Shown: positions 48,005 through 57,481, counted from the stretch's first letter. The stretch: DNA of 64,000 nt from Candidatus Latescibacterota bacterium (GCA_029941565.1 JAPYRN010000001.1:97255-161254); one strand, 5' to 3'. Notes: generated from the letters alone by a model not told the origin. Numbers and translations: made by a program.

Positions 48005-48956
48005 TTCACCGCTCCATTCTTCGTTGTCGTCAGCGCCGAGGACTGCTGCTGCGTCTGTACAAGCTTGTAGAAAAATCCCTGTTGTGCCATCAGTTCTTCG
48101 TGCGTGCCCACCTCGACGATTCGCCCCGCGTCGAGCACGACCAGGCGATCCGCCGAGCGCAACTTCGATAGTCGATGGGCGATAGCAAAGGTAGTGCGTC
48201 CCACAACAAGACGCCCACAACCACAAGAGCAGGCTAAGGTTGGCCGCTGGAATGAGGACATCGTCGATGATATGTTCGGTGATCAGTGGTGGCAGCAGGT
48301 CGAGACCAGTCTCGGCGACCTCGGCGAACTTCGGGGCCAGGCTGTTGGAATAGTACACATGCGCCGGTTCGCCGGTCTTGCGCTCCACTTCGAGTCTGCC
48401 ACCACCTACCAGTGGCTCGACGCGAGCCAAATGCACTTCGCTCAGCGGAAACTGCTGCACTGTAGCTGTTGTCGCGCCATTTGTGGCGTGTGCCTCATTG
48501 GCATGAAGGATCGGCAGACGTCGGTCGGTGACCACCAGCTAGCGTTCGGAGAATACGTCGATCTCAGCCATGTCCGTAGCGATGCGGATCCACACACGCT
48601 CATCGCTGTCGGTGGCAGCATCTCCGAGGATACCTTGATCTGTGTCTGTGTCGTCACCCGTGGTTTCCTTACTCAGCGATGGCGATGATCTTCGACGCTT
48701 GCTGCTGCATCTCGACCAAACCGTAGAACACCCCTTTGCGCTGCATCATTTCATCGTGCGTGCCCTGTTCGACGATTCGGCCTTCTTCCATGACGACGAG
48801 TCGTTGAGCCGTTAGAGCCAACCATCGCTCGCCATAACAAGCGCCGTCCTCAGCGATGTCCGTCGATACCATGACGAGGACATCCTCATCGGTGGGTACG
48901 ACGGCGGCGACTCTCGCCGCCACGTCGGCGGGTGCTGTCTCCAGCAGTTTCGACAT
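48001..48956 (-). pseudogene. decayed ABC exporter ATPase genes (two C-terminal NBD remnants, no transmembrane domains)
   Basis: 48001-48261 reads [50 protein letters not shown]. 48669-48956 reads ...LVVMEEGRIVEQGTHDEMMQRKGVFYGLVEMQ. Between them an out-of-frame NBD N-terminal region has a degenerate P-loop (GEPAHVYYSNSLAPKF). A heterodimeric exporter pair would need ~3.6 kb, but only ~1 kb is present. Confidence 0.5.
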
Positions 48957-48992
48957 GCCCGACCGCTACGCCCACTGTCACTGTCACTGCGA

Positions 48993-49175
48993 TCATGATG
49001 CCCTGCGCGCCCGGCTAAGGGCACTCCGCTGGCGTGCAAAGGGAGTTTCGATACCATACTGACGACACAGGCGACCAAAGGTGCCTCCCGCGATCCCCAG
49101 AGCCTTGCAGGCGTCGGAGTTGCTGTGGTAAACCCGAGCGGCACGCTCGATCCATTCAACGGGAACTTTCTGCAT
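48993..49175 (-). CDS. Fis-type HTH fragment (possible remnant of an NtrC-family regulator C-terminus)
   Basis: 60-aa ORF; IERAARVYHSNSDACKALGIAGGTFGRLCRQYGI matches the Fis/NtrC HTH pattern (..GN.s.AA..LGI.R.TL.RKL..yGI). Confidence 0.3.
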   Translation of the reverse strand: MQKVPVEWIERAARVYHSNSDACKALGIAGGTFGRLCRQYGIETPFARQRSALSRARRAS

Positions 49176-49474
49176 CTGTTCCTTCCTTCTTTCTCATGCG
49201 CCGGGAAAGCGGCCCAAAGTGGCCGGTCTCCCTGGTTGGGCGGACACTTCGGCGGCTTCCTCAAGCCACCGGTTATCCACCGGGTCGGTTGTTGTAGCGT
49301 GGGAAATCGATGTGCGGCCCGGGGCGCCCTACTCTTGCGACCAACAGCATCATTTCCCTTGGGACCCCGCCGATCAGGACCTGTCCGATTGTGTCGGGCT
49401 GGTGCCGATGGGCGTCTCGCACGGCGTCTCCCGTACCGTGTTCATCGGGAGCGTCTGCGCTGGCCAACAAAAAA

Positions 49475-49550
49475 GGCCGGCTGCAAATCTCTGATACTTC
49501 CAGAGCCTGCAGCCGGCCAAAAAAAAGCCGTAGGGATCCGATCCCTACGG
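49475..49550 (-). terminator. tandem rho-independent terminators (minus-strand orientation)
   Basis: On the minus strand, hairpin CCGTAGGGATC/GATCCCTACGG is followed by T8, then GGCCGGCTGCA...TGCAGCCGGCC followed by T6. Both sit immediately downstream of ORF 49576..49899. Confidence 0.5.
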
Positions 49551-49575
49551 CTGGTGTCGCTGGTATTTCAGCGAT

Positions 49576-49899
49576 TCATCCGCCGGGATCTTCTTTCCCT
49601 GCCGCAGGCCCCGTATGGGGCTTCATGGCCGCTACATCCGTTTGTAGGATGGTCGCCATGGGGGCCAGTTTTTTGCGTTCAGTCGCCTCGGTAGCCTGTA
49701 CCGGTTCAGCATTCAGCTTCGTAGCACACCCGAGCCGTGTCATTGTCTGCCAGACGCCGAAGGCGCCAGAGAAGCGCGCCATGGCGCCGTCCATATTCCG
49801 GTGCCGGGAAATGCCAGCGCTGAAGGCAGAATGACCCGTACCAGAGAGAACTCTCATCGCAGAGAGGGTCGTGCCGAGATGGTTGCGGGTTCTCGACAT
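49576..49899 (-). CDS. hypothetical small protein
   Basis: 107-aa ORF with no recognisable domain. Supported only by the strong tandem terminators directly 3' of it. Confidence 0.25.
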   Translation of the reverse strand: MSRTRNHLGTTLSAMRVLSGTGHSAFSAGISRHRNMDGAMARFSGAFGVWQTMTRLGCATKLNAEPVQATEATERKKLAPMATILQTDVAAMKPHTGPAAGKEDPGG

Positions 49900-50086
49900 C
49901 GTTAGCGAATGGCTTCGAATAGAATCAGCATGAGTCTTCGCTCGGGGTCCGGAAGCGGATTCCTCCTGACATGGATGAAAGTATCCGGGGGCCTTTTACA
50001 ATGTCAAGGAAAAAGTGCGCAGAATCCGTTTATGCTTTCGATTCGGCGCTCTGCCTCTATATTATATAGCTCTCCCGGATGAGCTA

Positions 50087-50902
50087 ATGACGCAGACACA
50101 ACCCACGACCAGTGCAGCTACGGACCCCGTCCACGAGTGGGACGCGCACAACGAGCACCTTGCAACCCTCCTTGACAGCCAGGACCTCGAGTCCATGGAC
50201 GCCCTTCCCGTGTTGCAGTGGGCGGCTGACACCTTCGACGTCGGTCGGGTCGTTCTCAGCACCAGCTTCCAGTATTCCGGCGTCGCCATGATCCACATGG
50301 CAGTCGAAGCAGGACTACAACTGCGTTACGCCACCATCGACACCCTGCGACTGCACTCCGAGACCTACGCTTTTCTGCGCGATGTCGAGGCGCGATACGA
50401 CATCGACATCGAGGTGTATCGACCCGATGCAGAGCAACTGCAGGGCATGGTACGCCGCTTTGGCGAATACCTGTTCTTCGACTCCAAGACCCTGCAGCAG
50501 TATTGCTGCCAGGTGCGCAAGGTCAAACCCAACGAGCAACTGCTGAAAACGGTGGACTGTTGGATCTCGGGGATGCGACGGGACCAGTCAGACTATCGCA
50601 AGGACACGGCGAAGGGCATGACAGTCGGCGAGTATGGCTCCCGCCGTCAGATCCTGAAGCTGAACCCCATGGCTGACTGGGGCGAGGATCGTCTGCTCGC
50701 TTACATCGCAGAAAATGACGTCCCCCGTCACCCACTCTATGATCAGGGGTACAAGAGTATCGGTTGTTTTGTCTGCTCCACGCCGGTGAGCGCCAACGAG
50801 GACCAGCGTGCCGGACGCTGGCGCTGGTTCAACTCCGACGACCGCATCGATCCCCAGGAGGCCAAGGAGTGCGGCCTCCATATCCCGATGTACAATATCT
50901 AG
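50087..50902 (+). CDS. cysH: adenylyl-sulfate (APS)/PAPS reductase, Fe-S cluster type
   Basis: PAPS_reduct fold with CC (QQYCCQVRK) and CxxC (SIGCFVCS) cluster ligands and a C-terminal KECGLH motif typical of assimilatory APS reductases. Confidence 0.75.
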   Translation: MTQTQPTTSAATDPVHEWDAHNEHLATLLDSQDLESMDALPVLQWAADTFDVGRVVLSTSFQYSGVAMIHMAVEAGLQLRYATIDTLRLHSETYAFLRDVEARYDIDIEVYRPDAEQLQGMVRRFGEYLFFDSKTLQQYCCQVRKVKPNEQLLKTVDCWISGMRRDQSDYRKDTAKGMTVGEYGSRRQILKLNPMADWGEDRLLAYIAENDVPRHPLYDQGYKSIGCFVCSTPVSANEDQRAGRWRWFNSDDRIDPQEAKECGLHIPMYNI

Positions 50903-50909
50903 CACGCCA

Positions 50910-52268
50910 CTACCTGTTCAGTGCCGCTCGGCGGAAGGCTTCACCCCGGTCCGCATAACTGGCAAACATGCCAAAACTGGCGCACGCCGGGGACAGCAAT
51001 ACGACATCTCCCGGCACCGCCCGCGCCGCTGCGGCCGCCACCGCCCGTGCCATCGTTGCACAGTCTTCGTCCATCGGCCCGGTGAAACCTGCCGCTCGCG
51101 CCGCCCGCGCGATCGCGGGTCCCTCCTGACCAATGGTGACCACAGCCGCCGCTGCGGCGACGATGGCGATTCCCAAGGGTTCAAAGTCTGCACCCTTTGA
51201 AGAGCCGCCGGCAATCAGAATCACCCGTTGCCCCGGCCAGGCTTGCAGACCGGCGGCAGCCGACTCCGGTGTCGTTGCCAGCGAGTCGTTCACGTAGAGG
51301 ACCCCGTCACCAGACCCCACCTGCTCGAGGCGGTGCGGCAGTCCACGGAAAGCCTGCAGCCCCTTGGGTACCACCTCTGCCGGCACCCCAGCCAGCAGCG
51401 ACGCCGCCACGGCGGCACAGGCGTTGTCGTGATTGTGATCACCACGCAGACGCACGTCCGACAGACTGGCAACAGCCTCCGCCTCGGGCTCGCCGTCACG
51501 CCACCAGACCTGCCCATCTTCGATCCAGCAACCATCTCCCCGGTCAGGTGACCGGCCACCAAAGGTCAGGTTCCGTCCCGCACTGCGTGCTGCCAGTGAT
51601 TCTGCCGTGGCACAACCGGCAGCGGCAAGCACCCAGTCGTCAGATCGCTGATGTCGGCAGATCTCACCCTTGGCTGCAACGTACTTCGAGCGGGATTCGT
51701 GGTAGTCCAGGTGATCTGTGGCGACGGGCAGCAGCACGGCGCCTTTCGGGCTGGCACCGAGATCCTGCAGCTGAAAGCTGGACAGTTCCAGCACGACGAG
51801 GTCGTGGGCGCTTAGTTCGTCGAGAAAGGTCACAGGCGGTATGCCGATATTGCCACCAATCCGGGCGGCGACGCCGGCTGCATCCAGAATCGACATGAGC
51901 AGAGATGCCGTCGTCCCCTTGCCCTTTGTCCCCGTCACAGCGATGACCGGCCCCGGGCAGCATTGCAGAAACAGCTCGGTGCCACTGGACAGTCGAACCC
52001 CCGCCGCCACTGCGGCATTCAGTTCCGTCTGTCGCGCGGAAATCCCGGGGGACCGGAACAGGACATCAAAGTCGGTGAGGTCAGCCAGCGCCGCTTCGCC
52101 GAGACGCCACTGTGTGACCGATCCATCCCACGCAGGATCGGTCACACGACTTTCAGGTCTGCGATCACACACCGAAAAAGAACAGCCTCGTGACGCCAGC
52201 CAGGCGCCGAGGGCCTGATTCTCGACACCAAAGCCGAGCAAGGCGAGTCGTTGTCCTTTGAGATCCAT
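50910..52268 (-). CDS. murD: UDP-N-acetylmuramoylalanine--D-glutamate ligase
   Basis: MDLKGQRLALLGFGVENQALGAWLASRGCSFSVCD, then VIAVTGTKGKGTTASLLMSIL (Mur ligase P-loop). Confidence 0.75.
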   Translation of the reverse strand: MDLKGQRLALLGFGVENQALGAWLASRGCSFSVCDRRPESRVTDPAWDGSVTQWRLGEAALADLTDFDVLFRSPGISARQTELNAAVAAGVRLSSGTELFLQCCPGPVIAVTGTKGKGTTASLLMSILDAAGVAARIGGNIGIPPVTFLDELSAHDLVVLELSSFQLQDLGASPKGAVLLPVATDHLDYHESRSKYVAAKGEICRHQRSDDWVLAAAGCATAESLAARSAGRNLTFGGRSPDRGDGCWIEDGQVWWRDGEPEAEAVASLSDVRLRGDHNHDNACAAVAASLLAGVPAEVVPKGLQAFRGLPHRLEQVGSGDGVLYVNDSLATTPESAAAGLQAWPGQRVILIAGGSSKGADFEPLGIAIVAAAAAVVTIGQEGPAIARAARAAGFTGPMDEDCATMARAVAAAAARAVPGDVVLLSPACASFGMFASYADRGEAFRRAALNR

Positions 52269-52273
52269 TGAAC

Positions 52274-53368
52274 CTAGTAGGATGCCACCCACTCACCGAG
52301 TGTGGCGGTGAGATGCTGGAAGACAGACCAGCGCACGACCTCGTAGCCATGCGAATTCTCTCGCGGATAGCCGATGGTGGCACAGCGCTCGGCACCACCC
52401 ACCTGCAGCACACCGGTGGCATCGGATGCCGCCGCAGAGTACACGGCATACTGCAGCTCCGTGCCGGCACGTCCTGCCGCAGCGGCAAGCTCGCCGATCA
52501 GGCCCTGATCGAAGTGCACCTGAGAATCGCGCGACCAAGTTCCGGGGCGGCCGTCCAGCGTCAGGTCTGTGCCTCTGGGCATCGGTGTGGAATCGACGGC
52601 AACGAAGGTTTCCACCTCGTTGCGCCGCACCCAGCCTTTGGCCCCAAGCAGCCCCGACTCTTCCTGCACCAGGAAACACAGATTCAGGCGGCGCAGGGGT
52701 GTCACGCCAGCGTCGCGCAACCAGCACCACAGCTGCAACAGGATCAGACTGCCGCCGCGATTGTCGAACAACCAGGCCGATACCAGCGGGTCATCGGCGG
52801 GACCGAACAGGTTGGGACCACGCCTGCCGGCGGCGGGCACGGCACAGGTGCCGACACGAACGCCGCTCTCTTGCAGCTGTGTCGGTGTCAGACCGGTGAG
52901 TAAGTGGCAGTCTCGCCAGGTGATGCCACGGCTACCACTGTTGAACTGCGCCACCGGATCCGTTGGGTCGTTTGTATGCCCCGAGCCAAAGCTGAGGTGG
53001 GCGGGGATATCCTGCCCGTCGCCGACGAGGACGACCGGGCCCTCACCGAGCTTGAACGGATAGAGCCCGCCGGAGCGCTGCACGCGCAGCTTGCCATCCG
53101 CCTCGATGGCCGTTACGACCATGGCGATCTCATCGATGTGGCTGGCGATGGCGACACCAGGCCCCGACTCGCGCCCGGGCAGCTCCACCCACAGGTTGCC
53201 CTGATTGTCCTTGCGGGGTTCAGCACCCAGCTGCTGCAACCGAGCCGTCAGGTGCGCCGCCATGCGTTCCTCCCGCCCCGAAGGGCAGGGGATCTGCAGC
53301 ATTCTGCTGAGCTCGCCGAGGCCTGGAAGCTCCTCTTTGTCAGGCATTGCGTCTGCGTCCATCGCCAT
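52274..53368 (-). CDS. M42 family metallopeptidase (FrvX-like aminopeptidase)
   Basis: LGELSRMLQIPCPSGREERMAAHL ... VAIASHIDEIAMVVTAIEADGKLRVQRSGG fits the M42 N-terminus. Start set at the internal Met (MAMDAD). Confidence 0.6.
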   Translation of the reverse strand: MAMDADAMPDKEELPGLGELSRMLQIPCPSGREERMAAHLTARLQQLGAEPRKDNQGNLWVELPGRESGPGVAIASHIDEIAMVVTAIEADGKLRVQRSGGLYPFKLGEGPVVLVGDGQDIPAHLSFGSGHTNDPTDPVAQFNSGSRGITWRDCHLLTGLTPTQLQESGVRVGTCAVPAAGRRGPNLFGPADDPLVSAWLFDNRGGSLILLQLWCWLRDAGVTPLRRLNLCFLVQEESGLLGAKGWVRRNEVETFVAVDSTPMPRGTDLTLDGRPGTWSRDSQVHFDQGLIGELAAAAGRAGTELQYAVYSAAASDATGVLQVGGAERCATIGYPRENSHGYEVVRWSVFQHLTATLGEWVASY

Positions 53369-53466
53369 TGTCCAACTCCCAGTTAGTCGTTTGCCGCAGC
53401 CGAAGGTATGCTCCCGAAACTGCGCCGGCCATTGACGCTGCGTCACCTGCTCACCAATCTCTGGCC

Positions 53467-54237
53467 ATGAGCCGCTCCCACAACCCTGTCTCGTGTGTCT
53501 CTGGAACGATCCTCCTGCTTGCTTTCAGCCTGCTCCCGGCGCGGGCAGAGAGGGTCACAGTTTTCGCGGCTGCAAGTCTCACCGGCGCTCTGCGCGAACT
53601 GTGGCCACGGGAGCGACACCCCGAGATGAGCCTGTCCTTTGGGGGTTCATCGATGCTGGCGCGCCAAATCGAAGCGGGCGCTCCCGCCGACCTCTACCTT
53701 TCCGCCAGCCTGGACTGGATGGACCACCTGCAGGCGCGGGGACATATCGACAGCACAACTCGAATCGACCTTCTCGGCAATCATCTCGTCGTCGTCGCTC
53801 CACGCGATGAAGGCTTCGCCCTGACACTGGCGCCGACCTTTGATATCGGCGGGGCTTTTGCAGGACGTCTCGCCTTGGGCGACCCCTCCCATGTACCGGC
53901 AGGGATCTACGCCATGCAGGCACTGCAGGCATTGGGTTGGTGGCCGGCACTGGCTCACCGGCTGGCACCGGCAGGGGATGTGCGGGCCGTTCTGGCCTGG
54001 GTTGAGCGGGGTGAATGTGCTGCCGGTATCGTCTACACCTCCGACGCCACCACCAACCCACGGGTGCAGATCGTGGCGACCATTCCAGACAGTCTACACA
54101 TACCGATCCGGTATCCGGTGGCCCTTGTCGCCGGGCCTACGACGGCGGCCGCCAGGCGCCGGCTGGACACATTACGATCGGCGGCGGCGCAGGCGGTCTT
54201 TCACCGTCATGGCTTCACCGTGCTGACGGCTCAGTAG
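53467..54237 (+). CDS. modA: molybdate ABC transporter substrate-binding protein
   Basis: Signal peptide, then VTVFAAASLTGALRELW...SFGGSSMLARQIEAGAPADLYLSAS (ModA signature). Confidence 0.8.
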   Translation: MSRSHNPVSCVSGTILLLAFSLLPARAERVTVFAAASLTGALRELWPRERHPEMSLSFGGSSMLARQIEAGAPADLYLSASLDWMDHLQARGHIDSTTRIDLLGNHLVVVAPRDEGFALTLAPTFDIGGAFAGRLALGDPSHVPAGIYAMQALQALGWWPALAHRLAPAGDVRAVLAWVERGECAAGIVYTSDATTNPRVQIVATIPDSLHIPIRYPVALVAGPTTAAARRRLDTLRSAAAQAVFHRHGFTVLTAQ

Positions 54238-54241
54238 CCAG

Positions 54242-54934
54242 GTGGAAATCCTCAGTCCCGCGGAGTGGGAGGTTCTCGGTCTGTCGCTGCGCGTCGCCCT
54301 CGCCAGCGTGACGCTGACCCTGCCCGTCGCGGTCGGCGTTGGCTGGTTGCTGGCTCGATGCGACTTTCGGGGCAAGCTGCTCGTCGATGGCCTCTGTCAC
54401 CTGCCCCTCGTATTGCCGCCTGTGGTTACCGGCTATCTACTACTGCTGGCTTTCGGCCGCCGAGGCTGGTTGGGCCCGGTGCTGGAGAGTCTCGGCATCC
54501 GACTTGCCTTCGATTGGAAAGGCGCCGTTTTGGCCTCCGCCGTCGTCGCATTTCCGCTATCCCTGCGTGCCGTCCGCCTCGCCATCGAGCACGTCGACCC
54601 GCGCCTGGAGGGGGTTGCCCGAACTCTGGGCGCAGGAGCATGGCGGGTCTTTTTCACCGTCACCCTGCCGTTGGCGGCACCGGGCTTGTGGGTCGGCGCC
54701 CTGCTCGCCTTCGCCCGCAGTCTCGGTGAGTTTGGTGCGACGATCACCTTCGTCGCCAACATCTCCGGTCAGACACGGACCATCCCCGCCGCGATCTATA
54801 CCTATCTGAATCAGCCCGCCGGAGAGGCCGCCGCTCTGCGCCTGGTTTGGATCGCCATCGGCCTGTCACTGGCGGCCCTGGTGGGTAGTGAATGGGCGGC
54901 ACGACGTAGCCACAACAGACAGGCGACCCCGTGA
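54242..54934 (+). CDS. modB: molybdate ABC transporter permease
   Basis: BPD transport permease with an EAA-like loop; 230 aa; adjacent to modA. Confidence 0.8.
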   Translation: MEILSPAEWEVLGLSLRVALASVTLTLPVAVGVGWLLARCDFRGKLLVDGLCHLPLVLPPVVTGYLLLLAFGRRGWLGPVLESLGIRLAFDWKGAVLASAVVAFPLSLRAVRLAIEHVDPRLEGVARTLGAGAWRVFFTVTLPLAAPGLWVGALLAFARSLGEFGATITFVANISGQTRTIPAAIYTYLNQPAGEAAALRLVWIAIGLSLAALVGSEWAARRSHNRQATP

Positions 54935-56007
54935 CGCTGACCCTGCGGTTGCAGCGCCAATTGCCCGAATTCCGCCTCGATGTTGATGTCATCTGCCAGG
55001 AGCCGGTGACAGCGATCTACGGGCCGTCCGGGGCGGGCAAGACGACATTGTTGAATCTGGTTTCTGGCCTCGCGCGACCAGACACCGGTTATGTGGAACT
55101 GGATGGCGATGTTCTGTACTGCTCCTCACAGGGCACGAATCGACCACCGGAGGCGCGTCGACTCGGCTTCGTATTCCAAGACGATCTGCTGTTCCCGCAC
55201 CTGTCGGTGGACGCCAATCTGCGCTTCGGATACGAGCGCGTGCAGCCCGCTGAGCGCCGCTTTGAACCTGGGCAGATTATCGACTTGCTCGAGATCGGTC
55301 CCCTGCTTGGACGGCCCTCGCAGCAACTGTCCGGCGGCGAGCGCCAACGCGTCGCCCTCGGTCGTGCCCTGTTGTCCTCACCACGTATGCTGCTGATGGA
55401 CGAACCATTGGCCTCTCTCGACCAGGGGCTAAAGAGCCGGATCATCCCGTATCTGCGTCATGTGCGCTCGGATCTGGGCATCCCCATCCTCTACGTCAGC
55501 CACTCTGTCGCCGAGATCCTGGAACTGACAAGGCAGGTGCTCGTGCTGCAGCAGGGCCAGGTTCTCGCCCATGGTGACTTTTCCGTCGTCTCCCGAGATC
55601 CGCGCGTGCTGCCATTGTTGGACGAGTTCGGCTTCGAGAATGTCCTGCCTGTGGAGATCCTCAACTGCAAGGAGAGCGCCTGCACGGCTCGTTGTGGTGA
55701 CCAGATGCTGCGCATCCCATTTTGCGACCGACCGGTGGGAACAAGGCTGTTCGTCGGCGTACGGGCGGATGATATCATTCTTGCGCGGCAGCCCCCCGAA
55801 GGGCTGAGTGTTCGCAACAGACTGCAAGGCATGATAACCGAGATCGCCGCAGTGGGCGCGACCCGCCTCGTCACCATCGATGTCGGCCACCCACTCGTGG
55901 TGAAGGTCACGCCGGAAGCGGTTGCCGATCTTGCACTGGCACCCGGTCTGGCGGCGTGGTGTCTGATAAAGACGCACTCCCTGCGACTGGGACCGGAGAT
56001 CGACTGA
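54931..56007 (+). CDS. modC: molybdenum ABC transporter ATP-binding protein
   Basis: Walker A YGPSGAGKTTLLN, signature LSGGERQRVALGRAL, C-terminal TOBE-like domain; 358 aa; GTGA overlap with modB. Confidence 0.8.
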   Translation: MTLTLRLQRQLPEFRLDVDVICQEPVTAIYGPSGAGKTTLLNLVSGLARPDTGYVELDGDVLYCSSQGTNRPPEARRLGFVFQDDLLFPHLSVDANLRFGYERVQPAERRFEPGQIIDLLEIGPLLGRPSQQLSGGERQRVALGRALLSSPRMLLMDEPLASLDQGLKSRIIPYLRHVRSDLGIPILYVSHSVAEILELTRQVLVLQQGQVLAHGDFSVVSRDPRVLPLLDEFGFENVLPVEILNCKESACTARCGDQMLRIPFCDRPVGTRLFVGVRADDIILARQPPEGLSVRNRLQGMITEIAAVGATRLVTIDVGHPLVVKVTPEAVADLALAPGLAAWCLIKTHSLRLGPEID

Positions 56008-56061
56008 GCGGCGCGGAGCTGGCGCATTGCCGGTATAGTCACAAACCGCTACCGTACGTGC

Positions 56062-56433
56062 ATGGCACTGACAATTCTGCGCACTGTGCGCCCGAGTCCC
56101 ACCTGGCAGGACAGCCTCATCGTCGTCAGCAAAACTCAGCGCCTCGTCTTCGACGTCGAGGAAACCTGGTCGCCGGACATGCGCGACCAGATCGCCTGGT
56201 GTGGCGCCGATGGCATTTATAGTCACCCCGCCGGCGAGGGTTACCTGCTCCCAGGCGCCAACGTCGGTGCCCTGATCGCCCGTATCGGCGATGGCCCCGT
56301 GTTCGCGGTGGGCAGTCGGCACGATATCATTGCAGATACGGCAGGCACCCTGATGCTGGCGATGAATGATCATCCGGATCACAACAATCAAGCCGGCAAG
56401 GTCGTCGCTCAGGTGATCCTCTTCGACGCGTGA
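56062..56433 (+). CDS. LecA/PA-IL-like galactophilic lectin domain protein
   Basis: 123 aa vs 121-aa PA-IL. Collinear blocks W.S...W..G (N-terminal), GALIARIGDG vs GALVMKIGNSG, and NDHPDHNN vs NDVPGTYGNN (Ca/galactose-binding loop region). Assigned from memory of the PA-IL sequence. Confidence 0.45.
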   Translation: MALTILRTVRPSPTWQDSLIVVSKTQRLVFDVEETWSPDMRDQIAWCGADGIYSHPAGEGYLLPGANVGALIARIGDGPVFAVGSRHDIIADTAGTLMLAMNDHPDHNNQAGKVVAQVILFDA

Positions 56434-57446
56434 CGCCGCGCCGGACAGCCTCCACGCCTCCCACGGACGCGCAGTGGAATGAGCAGGTCTGTGCGCGACT
56501 GATGGCCTGTATCCCCGACCTCGTCCCAGGTTCGCCCGCGGTTCTCTCCATCAACCGGTGGGTGGAAGACGTGTGGCTCGTGGAGTTGGCGGAGGGTGGA
56601 CGTATCATCGCCAAACAGCAGTTCTACGGCTTGCTGACCCGAGACGAACCACACGATCTACTACAGGTGGAATTCGACGCGCTGCGATACTTGCGACGAT
56701 GCGGTGCGGCTGTGCCCATGCCCTTTGGCATCGATCCGGAGGCGCAGATCATTCTGCTGGAGTATGCCGGACGTGAGACCGTCGCCGACGTGCTCGTCAC
56801 CCCCCTCGAGGCATCGACCCGGAGACAGCTGGCAGCACAGATTCTGCGGCAGCTGACACGAATCGAGACCCACCTACAGGAAGCGCAGATAGACTGGTCG
56901 AGCCGGGTCATACCCGGTGCCTCGGCCAAAGAGCTGACCACGGGCTGGGCAGACGTTCCCCGCTTGGCGACCAAGGCTCTGCTCGGGTTGTGGCGCAGAT
57001 CATGCGGCAGTGAGCCAGCGGAGGCCCTGGTGGCACAAGTGCTTCTTCTGTGCGAGCGGCTCGGCAGGCGCACACCGAAACTCGGTATCTCTGACTATCA
57101 ACCGGCAAATATCGTCGTCGATGAACAGCGCCGACGAGTCACGTTCCTCGAACTGTCCAAGCTCGGTTGGGACTGGACCGAGCGTCGAGCCGTTCAGTAT
57201 ACTACGAGCGTCGGTGACAGCGGCATCAGCCTTCTCGACGCCGATGTGGTTGCCCAATCACCTCTCGACGGTGACGCCCTCGATGGCCACCACATCCTGT
57301 TCTTGCTCCTGCTTGCAGGGCGCATGCTGGCCACCGACAAGGGAGATATCACCGGCCTTGCCCGAGCCCTGGGTACACCTCTTAGTCGCGATCCGATCAC
57401 GACGGAACTCCGCCGTGGTCTGCAACGACTCACCCTTGCTGAATAA
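56430..57446 (+). CDS. phosphotransferase (APH/kinase-like fold) family protein, possibly catalytically degenerate
   Basis: Kinase-like layout with ISDYQPANIVVD at the catalytic-loop position (HGDxxxxN pattern, D/N retained). GTGA overlap with the preceding lectin-like gene. Confidence 0.45.
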   Translation: MTPRRTASTPPTDAQWNEQVCARLMACIPDLVPGSPAVLSINRWVEDVWLVELAEGGRIIAKQQFYGLLTRDEPHDLLQVEFDALRYLRRCGAAVPMPFGIDPEAQIILLEYAGRETVADVLVTPLEASTRRQLAAQILRQLTRIETHLQEAQIDWSSRVIPGASAKELTTGWADVPRLATKALLGLWRRSCGSEPAEALVAQVLLLCERLGRRTPKLGISDYQPANIVVDEQRRRVTFLELSKLGWDWTERRAVQYTTSVGDSGISLLDADVVAQSPLDGDALDGHHILFLLLLAGRMLATDKGDITGLARALGTPLSRDPITTELRRGLQRLTLAE

Positions 57447-57481
57447 CAAGACTTGATGACGGCGAAAGAATCGGACCTGTA

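Noticed and set aside
48970-48990. Short tandem repeat CACTGTCACTGTCACTGCG
   Set aside because: Only ~2.5 copies of a hexamer inside a decayed region; not a CRISPR or regulatory array.
49900-50086. Possible SAM/other riboswitch upstream of cysH and near-palindrome CTCTATATTATATAGCTCTC
   Set aside because: No recognisable riboswitch consensus (no SAM-I kink-turn/pseudoknot elements). The AT-rich element is only an imperfect palindrome; treated as an ordinary promoter region.
53369-53466. Molybdenum-cofactor riboswitch upstream of modA
   Set aside because: The leader is under 100 nt and lacks the conserved Moco RNA motif stems; too short for the ~140-nt aptamer.
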